From IMG/VR virus record IMGVR_UViG_3300036715_000633, positions 1-56,376 of that record: a stretch of DNA of 56,376 bases; one strand, written 5' to 3'. The DNA comes from a virus. Its lineage: Duplodnaviria; Caudoviricetes. Positions 27,207 through 35,779 of the stretch are shown here, in pieces. The notes beneath the pieces were generated by a model. That model was not told where the DNA came from. It ran no database searches and was given only the letters and a program-made list of their open reading frames with translations. The translations under genes were made by a program, and so were the position numbers. Position 1 is the first letter of the stretch; every line of letters begins with the position of its first letter.

Positions 27207-28685
27207 TTACGCGTTGGTGATGTTGGTGATGATACCCAAGGCGAAGGTGCAGTACACGGCCAGAACTTGCTCGGCGTAGACGCCGGTTTCGTATTGGCGA
27301 GTACGCACTGGCCAATCCAGCTGGTAGTAATCGGCACGGGTTTTTACCTCGGCAACGTTTTGAACTTCGTTGTTTTGGTAGTACATCGGCAGATTTTCGC
27401 ACCAGCCGATAACGGTACCAGGTGGAACCTTCGGGTGGATCTTGATAGGGATGATGGCGCCGCCTTCAGGCATGAACGGGTTGAAATAGCTGGAAACGAT
27501 ACCGCCCGCTACGATTGCGTAAGGATCGTTACCCTTGCCGTCCACGTTGTAACGTACCATCGCGCCGCCGGTCGTGGAAATCACCTTGTTGGTGATGTTT
27601 TTGATTTCCTGCGAGTTGCAGTAGATCACCGATGGCGACAGCTGGTAGTTATCCCACATCGCCTGCAGCATGGTATCGATTTCCGTTACCGAACCGCGAC
27701 CGCTCGAAGTCAGACCCGAATTGCCGGTTGCCAGAGTTGCAACGTAAGCCTGATTGGCTGGGTTCAACGCTGTGGTCATCAGACCGTCAAACGCCAAGCC
27801 CGGATTGGACGAGTTGTCTGCGGTGATGGCAGTTGCAGCTTGCTGGCTACCGCCGATCAGCGCGGCAGAGAACACTGCCTGATTAGTCGTGGTGATTTTT
27901 TCCAGCTTTTCCGAACCCGCTGCACCGGTGAACCACGCATAAGCGATGGCGCCGCGAATCGGGGTTACACTTGCGGTCAGCGATTGACCCAGCGTAACAG
28001 CCTGCGTTGCTGCCGCGGACTTGTTCGACGAACCACCCTTGATGGTGTAGGTTGCGCCGTCTGCGCCGGTAACAGTTTTCGACAGTGCGACACCGCTGGT
28101 CAGCGAACTGTTGTAATAACCTTCCTGGGTCAGCGCAACAACGATCACCGAGTAGGTCAGTGCTGGCAGAGTTGCACCAGTGCCGCCGGCCGACAGGGTG
28201 GGGGTAGCAGGTACGCCCAGGTTCAGCGTTGCGTTACCGCCCAACAGCGCGTTTTCTTCCTTAAGCATCAGTTTTTGCAGCAGGCGCACGGCCATCGTGG
28301 CACGGACGTCCTCGAAGGTTTTACCTGCGTTGACCGCCTCGAAGGTGACCGAGTCCTCTTCGCCGATGGTGACGTAGTTGGCTGCAACAGGTGCGGTTGC
28401 ATACGACATGCGACCCGAACGCTGACCTTCTGGGATCCACGCTTGATTGTCGAAGCCGGAGCCGACGATGGACGAAACGGTGCGCCAGTTGGTTGCAACA
28501 CCTATGCCGCCCGCAACGCGGGGGATGCGGTTACGCAGTGGGGTGAAAACAGGGTACAGGTTTTTGGCAGGGCTTTGCAGATCGTAAGCCACCAGACCGT
28601 TTGCGGTCGTGATGGATTTGGAAATGTCAGCATCGCCCGACAGTGCGGCCTTCATCAAAGCCAGGGTATCATTGGTAGGATTCAT
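27207..28685 (-). CDS. Major capsid protein with inserted beta-rich domain
   Basis: Follows the prohead protease, GGAG RBS, ends at a strong terminator; 492 aa. Confidence 0.85.
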   Translation of the reverse strand: MNPTNDTLALMKAALSGDADISKSITTANGLVAYDLQSPAKNLYPVFTPLRNRIPRVAGGIGVATNWRTVSSIVGSGFDNQAWIPEGQRSGRMSYATAPVAANYVTIGEEDSVTFEAVNAGKTFEDVRATMAVRLLQKLMLKEENALLGGNATLNLGVPATPTLSAGGTGATLPALTYSVIVVALTQEGYYNSSLTSGVALSKTVTGADGATYTIKGGSSNKSAAATQAVTLGQSLTASVTPIRGAIAYAWFTGAAGSEKLEKITTTNQAVFSAALIGGSQQAATAITADNSSNPGLAFDGLMTTALNPANQAYVATLATGNSGLTSSGRGSVTEIDTMLQAMWDNYQLSPSVIYCNSQEIKNITNKVISTTGGAMVRYNVDGKGNDPYAIVAGGIVSSYFNPFMPEGGAIIPIKIHPKVPPGTVIGWCENLPMYYQNNEVQNVAEVKTRADYYQLDWPVRTRQYETGVYAEQVLAVYCTFALGIITNITNA

Positions 28686-28742
28686 TGTTGCTCCATGGTT
28701 GTTAAAAATGGACAGCGGTTTGCCGATTGTCCGGTTGTTTGG

Positions 28743-30167
28743 CTATCGACCGAAAGCCCGGCCGCCAGCTGCGTGAACCTTTTTCATTTCGGTGGCAACA
28801 TCGTCCACCGAGCCGTCCTGCTTACGCACCGGGTCAACAGTCGGCGTTGCATCAACCACTGGATTTGCGTCGGCGACTTTTTCGATGGTCAATACTGCAC
28901 CCTTCGGAGTTGCTGGCGATTTTTCCCAGGATTTTTTCATCGCTTCGTGTGTTGCTGACAGCGTATCATAAGCCTTCCGCAAAGTCGCGTTTTCGCCAGC
29001 CACCTTTTCGAGGTCGCCAGCCATTTTCGTGACATCGTGCGCGTGGTCGTGTTTATCGACTGCGCAATCCGCGCCCAATTCGCTAATGAGGTCGTGGGCT
29101 TTTTGGATACGTTCCTTGTCGCTGGCAGAATTGCGTGCGCCAGCCTTGACCACATCAACGATGTCCTGGGTCTTTTTCAGGTCGGCCGCGTATGCCGACA
29201 TTGCGATGGCGTCGGTCAGGATCGTAACTGCTGGCGTACCGTCGGGCGCCTTCATTGCTGCGATCAGTTCGCCAATTTCTTCCTGCGCCATTTGCAGCAG
29301 CACATTGCCTGCCTGTTGCACGAGGTCGGCGAGTTGCTGTGGCAAGCTGGAGCCGTCGTTTTCACGCGCAGCCTCGTAGGACGCGCATTCCTGCAGATAT
29401 GCCATGCTGCACAAGACATCGGCGAAACGCGAAATGTCATATACACCCTTGGCGATATCTTCGCCCTCGGTTACCAGCAGCGCCTTGAACGCCTTACGCA
29501 GGTCGGATGGTTCGTCGCTAACGACTGGCGCATCTTCAACCTTGGCGGTTGCGGCATCGGCGACAGCTTTCGCAATCATTTCACCGATCAGACTTTTTGC
29601 CAGATCACTGCCCAGCACCGATTTAATCAGCGTTTCGTCGGTCAGATCGAAGGCAGGTGCATCAACCTTTTCGACCGCTGGAGCCGGTTCGGCTTCGGGT
29701 TCATCGGCGATCAGGTCAGGGTCGTCGCCGAGATTGTAACCGTCAGCCTTGAAAACTTCGATCAGCGCATCCGGGTTTGCAGGACGATCCACGAGGCTGA
29801 TTTCGGTCAGTTTCATACCGGTGATGGTTTTCGTCACCTTGTCGAAACCGTCTTTCAGCTTTTTGCCACCGATGCTGAAACCTTTATAAACCTTCTTGAC
29901 GACCTTAGCCCATGCTTGGTCATCAACAATTTCCGCGCCGATGAATACACCTTTATCATCGAAAGAGTATTCCTTAACAACGCCCGCAGCGCTGTTGCCG
30001 TGCATTTCGCGCACGTTTCCGAATTGCATGTATTCGTCCCATGCAGCTTTGATAGCGTCCTTGGTGACGGTCTCGCCTTGGGCGTCGATGGTCTCCGTGG
30101 ACGCATAGCCATACACCATGCGTTTTTCCTCGTCAACCTTGGTAATTTCGTAATATTGGCGCATCAT
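28743..30167 (-). CDS. Prohead serine protease fused to scaffold region
   Basis: VYGYAST, REMH, YKGFSIGG, EISLVDRPANP, then an acidic/helical C-terminus. Confidence 0.85.
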   Translation of the reverse strand: MMRQYYEITKVDEEKRMVYGYASTETIDAQGETVTKDAIKAAWDEYMQFGNVREMHGNSAAGVVKEYSFDDKGVFIGAEIVDDQAWAKVVKKVYKGFSIGGKKLKDGFDKVTKTITGMKLTEISLVDRPANPDALIEVFKADGYNLGDDPDLIADEPEAEPAPAVEKVDAPAFDLTDETLIKSVLGSDLAKSLIGEMIAKAVADAATAKVEDAPVVSDEPSDLRKAFKALLVTEGEDIAKGVYDISRFADVLCSMAYLQECASYEAARENDGSSLPQQLADLVQQAGNVLLQMAQEEIGELIAAMKAPDGTPAVTILTDAIAMSAYAADLKKTQDIVDVVKAGARNSASDKERIQKAHDLISELGADCAVDKHDHAHDVTKMAGDLEKVAGENATLRKAYDTLSATHEAMKKSWEKSPATPKGAVLTIEKVADANPVVDATPTVDPVRKQDGSVDDVATEMKKVHAAGGRAFGR

Positions 30168-32446
30168 TGCTCCTCTGTTGGTGGTTCGGTGGATTCACTT
30201 AATCCGGGGATAAAATCGCATCGGCAGTTAGGATGCGCTGGCGGGCAATCAAGTTCCTCACCATCAGGTCCGATGAATTTTTCATCAAGCCCGACGATTT
30301 GCCCGTCAATTTCGGCACAGTCAGGGCAACATTCCGCACCGACAATCCATTCTTTTGTGTCTACTACGCCGCTTGCCGAATAAAGTTCCATGTTCCCATT
30401 GGTGTCGGCAAATGCGGTTTCAGTTCGTGCGATTGTCATCGCACGGTCACTACTAAAGGCATAATTATCTTCCAGCGCTGCGGCAAGGTCGTCGTCCGAC
30501 CACCCTTCCTCCATCGCTGTGGTTATATCAGACCTTATGAGTTCCCGCGTGGCGTCATCGACACTATATTCGGAGTTAGGGTTATCAACAATGTCGCCAT
30601 CATCGTTGATGCGCTTGCCGACGAGTTCAGCCGCCCGTGATTTTGCGTAGTCAATCGCACCCGTGTTCGCAAGTTCCAGCGCCTCGGGATTGTCGATATC
30701 AATTTGCGCATACGCCATATTGGCACCCGATTTTGCGGTCAGGGACAGCGAACGGCCAAACAGGTCGTTAAATTCCTCCCAGCCCTCCCAATCAATCCCT
30801 TTTAACGGGTCATCGTTGAGATTGATATCCTTCTGGATCTTCTCCAGCTTGGACGTTATCTTGGCAAGCTGCGATTGGAAAATAGCATGAACACCATTAG
30901 CCAGATGCTTACGCGCCAGCCGAATCGCTTTTCGATTTCGGTCGATTGTCGGAACCTTCTTTGTCTTTCGCTTCTCCAACTTTCCCACCGGCTTTTCCGT
31001 CTCCTTTGCTGCTGGCACGGCGGCTGGTTCGTTGACCACAGGTTGCCCTGGCATAGGTTGCGCCGGGTTCGCTGCATTCATCAATGGTGGAGGAACTTCC
31101 TCAGGTTCGGGCGCGATGAACGGGACGTAACCTGTTGCAGTCAAGACCATTGGTTCGTCGCCGCCTTCGATAGGTTCATCACCGCGACGGGCGCGCAATT
31201 CGTTCATAATCAACGAACCGTTTTTCAGGTTCATGTCATCCATCTTGGCTTGATCCATCGCGGAAGTCGAATCCTCTTCCTGCCAGCCGAATTCTAAATC
31301 TTTGTAGCCGAAGTATTTCCAGATCAAAATGTCCATCAGACTTTTAATCCAGATCATAATTGGCTGCAAACCTTCCTGCAACGCCATTTCCTGTGCCGTC
31401 TCGGCAGTGGATCGGTTCATTTGCTTGTTGAACGCTTGGGCGCTGACACTGAATGCGTAGCAGATAATCCGTGCCAGCCATTCGTCGTATTCGTCCTTCA
31501 ATACGCCCTCTTTCGTGTTCAGTGGCGCAACGCCAGCTGGTACGAATTGGGCCTTGCGGCGTGCGCCCGTGTTGCCCGACAGCGCATCGGTCCACCAGTC
31601 GTTGAATTCTTTAATCTGGGTCATGTTCCATTCAGGAGGGCATTGGAACAGCAGGTCAGGCGTCGAACCGTCGGTGTAATATTGCAGTTGGTGCAGAGAC
31701 CGACGCATAGCGATGTTTACGGTCATAATGATCTGTTCCACAGGGCTGTAGCCGTAGACCTTATAAACCCGCTTATTCCGCGGCATATACACCAATTCAT
31801 CGATAGTGTAATTAACCATCGGCATACCCTTGAGGACTTGTTGGTATGCGGGCTCAGGAGGTGCTGGCGTGCGACCTCGCGGATCAATGTTGCGTTTAAT
31901 CGTCGCACCGTCCACGAGTTCAAAGCGGTAAGGCGTCCCGTCGTTGTTGAGCCATGGATAAATCGTCGTCGCGTCCGTGACAAACAATTCTTCCAGAATC
32001 TGCCGCACCCAAACGTGCCAAGTATGTTCGCCATCTGGGCACTTTAAAAAGTCCGCGACCTCTTTGCAGCGGTCATCAACTTTCGCCTTGTCGTCGGTCG
32101 GTTTTATTGAGAATTTCATCTTCTCAATTTGATCCTTCCGCGTTTCGATTACAAGCCGCAGAATGTCGCACGAGTCCGCAAGGGCTCGCATTTGAGCGAA
32201 TGATACCGCCTCCTCAGTTCGAGGGCGTGTGCGCAGGTTGTAGCCCGGCGTATAGTCGAATTGACGCCCGATCAGCGATTCAAGCTGCCCTGGCGCTGTC
32301 GCAGTCGGCGCAATCGGGTTTTGCGGACCCATCCAGCTTTTGCGGTCATCGATAACAGCGGGACCGAATAGCGTGTTTTTGATAGCCGACGCCATGCGCG
32401 TCACGATCCCGGGATCCAGAAATTGCTTGGCTGGTTTATTGTCCAT
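30164..32446 (-). CDS. Portal protein fused to MuF / SPP1 gp7-like head morphogenesis domain
   Basis: Portal motifs YGYSPVE and NELRARRG; Pro-rich linker; RAMTIARTE...CCPDC...PPAHPNCRC. Confidence 0.88.
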   Translation of the reverse strand: MDNKPAKQFLDPGIVTRMASAIKNTLFGPAVIDDRKSWMGPQNPIAPTATAPGQLESLIGRQFDYTPGYNLRTRPRTEEAVSFAQMRALADSCDILRLVIETRKDQIEKMKFSIKPTDDKAKVDDRCKEVADFLKCPDGEHTWHVWVRQILEELFVTDATTIYPWLNNDGTPYRFELVDGATIKRNIDPRGRTPAPPEPAYQQVLKGMPMVNYTIDELVYMPRNKRVYKVYGYSPVEQIIMTVNIAMRRSLHQLQYYTDGSTPDLLFQCPPEWNMTQIKEFNDWWTDALSGNTGARRKAQFVPAGVAPLNTKEGVLKDEYDEWLARIICYAFSVSAQAFNKQMNRSTAETAQEMALQEGLQPIMIWIKSLMDILIWKYFGYKDLEFGWQEEDSTSAMDQAKMDDMNLKNGSLIMNELRARRGDEPIEGGDEPMVLTATGYVPFIAPEPEEVPPPLMNAANPAQPMPGQPVVNEPAAVPAAKETEKPVGKLEKRKTKKVPTIDRNRKAIRLARKHLANGVHAIFQSQLAKITSKLEKIQKDINLNDDPLKGIDWEGWEEFNDLFGRSLSLTAKSGANMAYAQIDIDNPEALELANTGAIDYAKSRAAELVGKRINDDGDIVDNPNSEYSVDDATRELIRSDITTAMEEGWSDDDLAAALEDNYAFSSDRAMTIARTETAFADTNGNMELYSASGVVDTKEWIVGAECCPDCAEIDGQIVGLDEKFIGPDGEELDCPPAHPNCRCDFIPGLSESTEPPTEEQ

Positions 32447-32455
32447 TTAAAACCT

Positions 32456-33964
32456 CTAAGAATTTTTATAAAAATCCATCAAGCCACCACCCGAAGGTTT
32501 CGCTGCCTGTTCAACTGTGGCAGCTTTCATCTCCTCCGCTTGTTGCCGGTAGTAGTCTAATAAGCCTTGTTCGTTTTCCGTCAGCATAGCATAGGCGCCG
32601 GAGCTTGCGTCCACATCGTCATCGTGAGCCATCGATGGGAAAGCCTCCAATGTGGTAAAGTAATCCTCATTCCATGAACCGCGAAGGACATAAACGTTAC
32701 CCGCCTGACACTGCGCACTGAACGCACCGAACCGCATGATTTTATCACCCGATTCCCGACGCGCCCGAACGTTAAATTTACCCATTGACCGAATGATGTC
32801 TTGCGCCTCAGATTTACCTGCTTGCCCTGGATCTTGAGGGATACCGATTCGGACGTTTGGCGTGTCAGCCTCAGCCGTATTGGAGATCATGGTACGAACA
32901 TTAAATGGACTCGCACGATCCTTGGCGCGACCCATAACGTATATGCGCCCATTATTCCGATCTTTGCCCATCTTAACGCCGACGGTCCAATCGGGGTCGT
33001 TGGAGTCTGTTTTTTCTGTTGCGGCCAAGTCCCAATATCTGACCACATCAAGTTCGACGGGCAGGGCGTCCACAACTTTTACCCATTCGCGTTTGAAGTA
33101 CAGACCAGCAGCCGCACGAATTTTCCAGTTACCGCCCAATAGTCGCGCCTGTTCGACAAGCGGCAGCGATTTCAGATTGGCGAGATAGCCGGGGTCGGCT
33201 TTCATCAGCGCTTGGTTATCACTCAATTTCCCCGGCACGAACGTGAGGGATTTTGGCATAACCTGTAGCGGATCATCGTCAGGCAGGCCCGGGATTCCGT
33301 ATTTTTCGATCAGTTCGCGCTTGCTGTCGCCCCACATAAGGGCATCGTTTAAGCGAATGAACCAGCGAACAACGCCCGAACGTTCAGGGATAGGGAAGCC
33401 GGTCTTTTGATCGATCCACCATTCAAGTAATCGGGCAACCCATGAATCCGCATCGGGGTTACACGTTGCGCGAATGTATGGGCGAACGCCGCACATGGAG
33501 CGATTACGCGATACCATGTAAAAGAATTGCGATTCGGTAAAGTGGGTCAATTCGTCAAACCCGATCAACGGGATTTGGGAACCCTGCCAGTCCAGCTTTG
33601 TGGACTCGTGGTCAAGGTGCGCGAATTTCAGCTTGCCGCCTTCCGGCCAGTTCCATTCTGAAATACTCGAAACGGGAACGCCTCCGCATAGCGGATACAG
33701 TTTCATCGATTCGTCCCACAGACCGCCCGGGTTTTTAATCTGCGGCATGTTGCGCCGGAAGATCACGCACGCGAATTCGGGATTATTTGTTACGTGTCGC
33801 AGAGGCTCCAGCAGCGTTGCCCACGTTTTACCCGCACCAGCAGCCCCGCCATAGATAGCAATATCTGCATCCGACGAAAGATATTTTTCCTGCTGCCCAG
33901 GTTGTGGGCCGATACGGATGATCGGCTGAACGCCTCCGTATATTTGTTCGGCCGATTCAGTCAC
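32456..33964 (-). CDS. terL: Terminase large subunit
   Basis: GGAAGAGKT, FDELTHF, ATCNP, WDLA, HDDDVDA. Start uncertain (GTG 33964 or 34003). Confidence 0.93.
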   Translation of the reverse strand: MTESAEQIYGGVQPIIRIGPQPGQQEKYLSSDADIAIYGGAAGAGKTWATLLEPLRHVTNNPEFACVIFRRNMPQIKNPGGLWDESMKLYPLCGGVPVSSISEWNWPEGGKLKFAHLDHESTKLDWQGSQIPLIGFDELTHFTESQFFYMVSRNRSMCGVRPYIRATCNPDADSWVARLLEWWIDQKTGFPIPERSGVVRWFIRLNDALMWGDSKRELIEKYGIPGLPDDDPLQVMPKSLTFVPGKLSDNQALMKADPGYLANLKSLPLVEQARLLGGNWKIRAAAGLYFKREWVKVVDALPVELDVVRYWDLAATEKTDSNDPDWTVGVKMGKDRNNGRIYVMGRAKDRASPFNVRTMISNTAEADTPNVRIGIPQDPGQAGKSEAQDIIRSMGKFNVRARRESGDKIMRFGAFSAQCQAGNVYVLRGSWNEDYFTTLEAFPSMAHDDDVDASSGAYAMLTENEQGLLDYYRQQAEEMKAATVEQAAKPSGGGLMDFYKNS

Positions 33965-34274
33965 CGGAACCCCATGCCGCGATAGGTACGGTCTGGTTGG
34001 CAAGTTCGTGCGTGCAATCGCCCAGATACTGGATCATGCCGTCCGTGATGAAAGAATGGCAGATTTCATCGCTAGATTTAAATCGCCAAGACACCAATAA
34101 GGACGGCTGAAAGGTCGGCGCGTCAATCGACCCATTCCACGTCCAACGAACACCTTCACCGGGGCCGACATGAATGCCGTGGATGTGTTTGCAACCAGGG
34201 CATTCAAACCAGAGGTAATGTGGATCATCTTCCGTGCAGGCAAGTATCGGGGAAATTTGTTTAAACGCAGCCAT
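33957..34274 (-). CDS. Small Cys/His protein (DUF6527-like) between terS and terL
   Basis: CPGC..H, WTWNG...PTFQPSLL, CHSFITDG.IQYL.DCTH. Confidence 0.6.
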   Translation of the reverse strand: MAAFKQISPILACTEDDPHYLWFECPGCKHIHGIHVGPGEGVRWTWNGSIDAPTFQPSLLVSWRFKSSDEICHSFITDGMIQYLGDCTHELANQTVPIAAWGSGD

Positions 34275-34276
34275 GA

Positions 34277-34738
34277 TTATCGGTTATTCTCGGGCAGGTA
34301 GAATTGTACCGCTTGGGTGTTGGTCGTTGTGACTTTGGATTCAATTTTGGTCGCTGCATCCATGCCGTATAGCGCGGTCAGTTTAGCCAGTGCGGATACG
34401 CGTGCAGCGTGCGAACTGCCGACACCATGGTAGTTCGCCTCCTTGAACAGCGCCGCCATGATGCGACGTTTATTGGATTCGCCCGCGTTGTCGTTTTCGG
34501 CATCGATTTCCGCCTGTTTAATCAACTGACGGACAAATGACTCCTCCATGAATTTCTTGGCGTAGTCAGTTGCAAACCCAGCGTTAAAACCCAAACGCAA
34601 GCAAGCGAGGTAGGAATTATAATCAAACAAGTATTCCGTAACAAATCGGACGCGCAATTCCTTCTCGGCGTCAGTATAGGATATTGGCGGCATTACTAAC
34701 TTGCCCCATCCTTCCGATTGTACGTCTATTGGTAACAA
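34277..34738 (-). CDS. terS: Terminase small subunit
   Basis: FVTEYLFDYN...ACLRLGF, ARVSALAKL; upstream of terL. Start uncertain (34738 or 34693). Confidence 0.75.
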   Translation of the reverse strand: MLPIDVQSEGWGKLVMPPISYTDAEKELRVRFVTEYLFDYNSYLACLRLGFNAGFATDYAKKFMEESFVRQLIKQAEIDAENDNAGESNKRRIMAALFKEANYHGVGSSHAARVSALAKLTALYGMDAATKIESKVTTTNTQAVQFYLPENNR

Positions 34739-34973
34739 AGCCTTCCCCTAAGTGTTGCGTACAGTATAAGGGGCAAGGCTTTGGCGAATCAAGTTTTTCG
34801 TGGACAGTTTTCCCAGAATGCCAGCGCATGGCCGCAACGACGTACCGACCACAAACGCGGCCAGTACGGGTTTCAAACTCCAGCACATTTGTGGCCAACG
34901 TATCTAGTTGCAAACGACCCCCATTCCAAGGGCCGCCTGTCAATTCGTAAGTTATCAAAATGGAATCTCCCAT
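34671..34973 (-). CDS. Hypothetical protein
   Basis: Tightly packed in the operon; LTGGPWNG motif typical of small phage proteins. Confidence 0.5.
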   Translation of the reverse strand: MGDSILITYELTGGPWNGGRLQLDTLATNVLEFETRTGRVCGRYVVAAMRWHSGKTVHEKLDSPKPCPLYCTQHLGEGFVTNRRTIGRMGQVSNAANILY

Positions 34974-35158
34974 TCGTATTCAGTGCATCCCACAGCAATG
35001 ACATGAGCAGGGGGACGAGCCTTATAGACCGTGCAAAGCTCCTCCTGCTTTTTAAAGTGCTCGCAGTTCATGCAGGACTGCCACACATGTGCACGCAGCG
35101 CCTCACGTTGAAACTCCAGACGGCGTGCAACGTACTCCTTGGAATCACGCACGATCAA
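34955..35158 (-). CDS. Small putative Zn-finger protein
   Basis: CMNCEHF...C...PPA...GC...EIPF. Confidence 0.6.
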   Translation of the reverse strand: MIVRDSKEYVARRLEFQREALRAHVWQSCMNCEHFKKQEELCTVYKARPPAHVIAVGCTEYEWEIPF

Positions 35159-35603
35159 TCTCCCCGTTTTGGATTTTAAGAATTGCCAATTTCTTAAACC
35201 AAATCAAGAAATCTTCCAATTCAATTTCAACGCGTGCGAAACTTGCCCCGCCCGAACCCACGGGCAGAAAACCGTCCATGATGATTTTCCAAGCCTTGCG
35301 ATTCTGCCGGTAAATCAATACAGGGATGTCCTGATTTCGCGCCGCTGATTTGACAGCTTGCGCCCACCACGCAGGTATGCACAGAGTTTCCTGCCGTTTA
35401 ACTTCAATCGCCAGACCGAACAACGAAATATCGGAACCGCCTACTGCCGATTGGTTCTGGTTGCGCTGCACAACGCCTTGCAACGCATCGACCGTCTCCT
35501 GCGGAAATTCGTTTTCGCGGATGATATTGCCCAGCACTGCCACGAGCATTTGCACCACTTCGCGCTCACCGTTTTTCCCTTTGTTGACCACATGAATCGC
35601 CAT
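35145..35603 (-). CDS. Holliday junction resolvase-like PD-(D/E)XK nuclease
   Basis: ATG at 35603; KGKNGEREV, GSDI, AIEVKRQE, WWAQA, PVLIYRQNR. Confidence 0.8.
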   Translation of the reverse strand: MAIHVVNKGKNGEREVVQMLVAVLGNIIRENEFPQETVDALQGVVQRNQNQSAVGGSDISLFGLAIEVKRQETLCIPAWWAQAVKSAARNQDIPVLIYRQNRKAWKIIMDGFLPVGSGGASFARVEIELEDFLIWFKKLAILKIQNGEIDRA

Positions 35604-35722
35604 CAGATAAGCCTCCAGCCAAACGATACCGCGACATACGCAACCTTGGCGATCAGACCAGCGGCAATAAACGCCGCGGCCCAGCACGCTACCAAGACCA
35701 ACATTCCACCTAATGCTTTCAT
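35603..35722 (-). CDS. 39-aa membrane peptide (not in ORF track)
   Basis: GGAGG RBS; MKALGGMLVLVACWAAAFIAAGLIAKVAYVAVSFGWRLI. Its TGA overlaps the resolvase ATG. Confidence 0.6.
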   Translation of the reverse strand: MKALGGMLVLVACWAAAFIAAGLIAKVAYVAVSFGWRLI

Positions 35723-35779
35723 ACATCCTCCCGTTAAAGGGTTAGTATAACAGGAGGATGTGTGTCCAACCTAAATACC

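Noticed and set aside
27267-28958. 563-aa + strand ORF
   Set aside because: Antisense shadow of the strongly codon-biased capsid gene, with no recognisable motifs.
29037-30383. 448-aa + strand ORF
   Set aside because: Antisense shadow of the protease/scaffold and portal genes.
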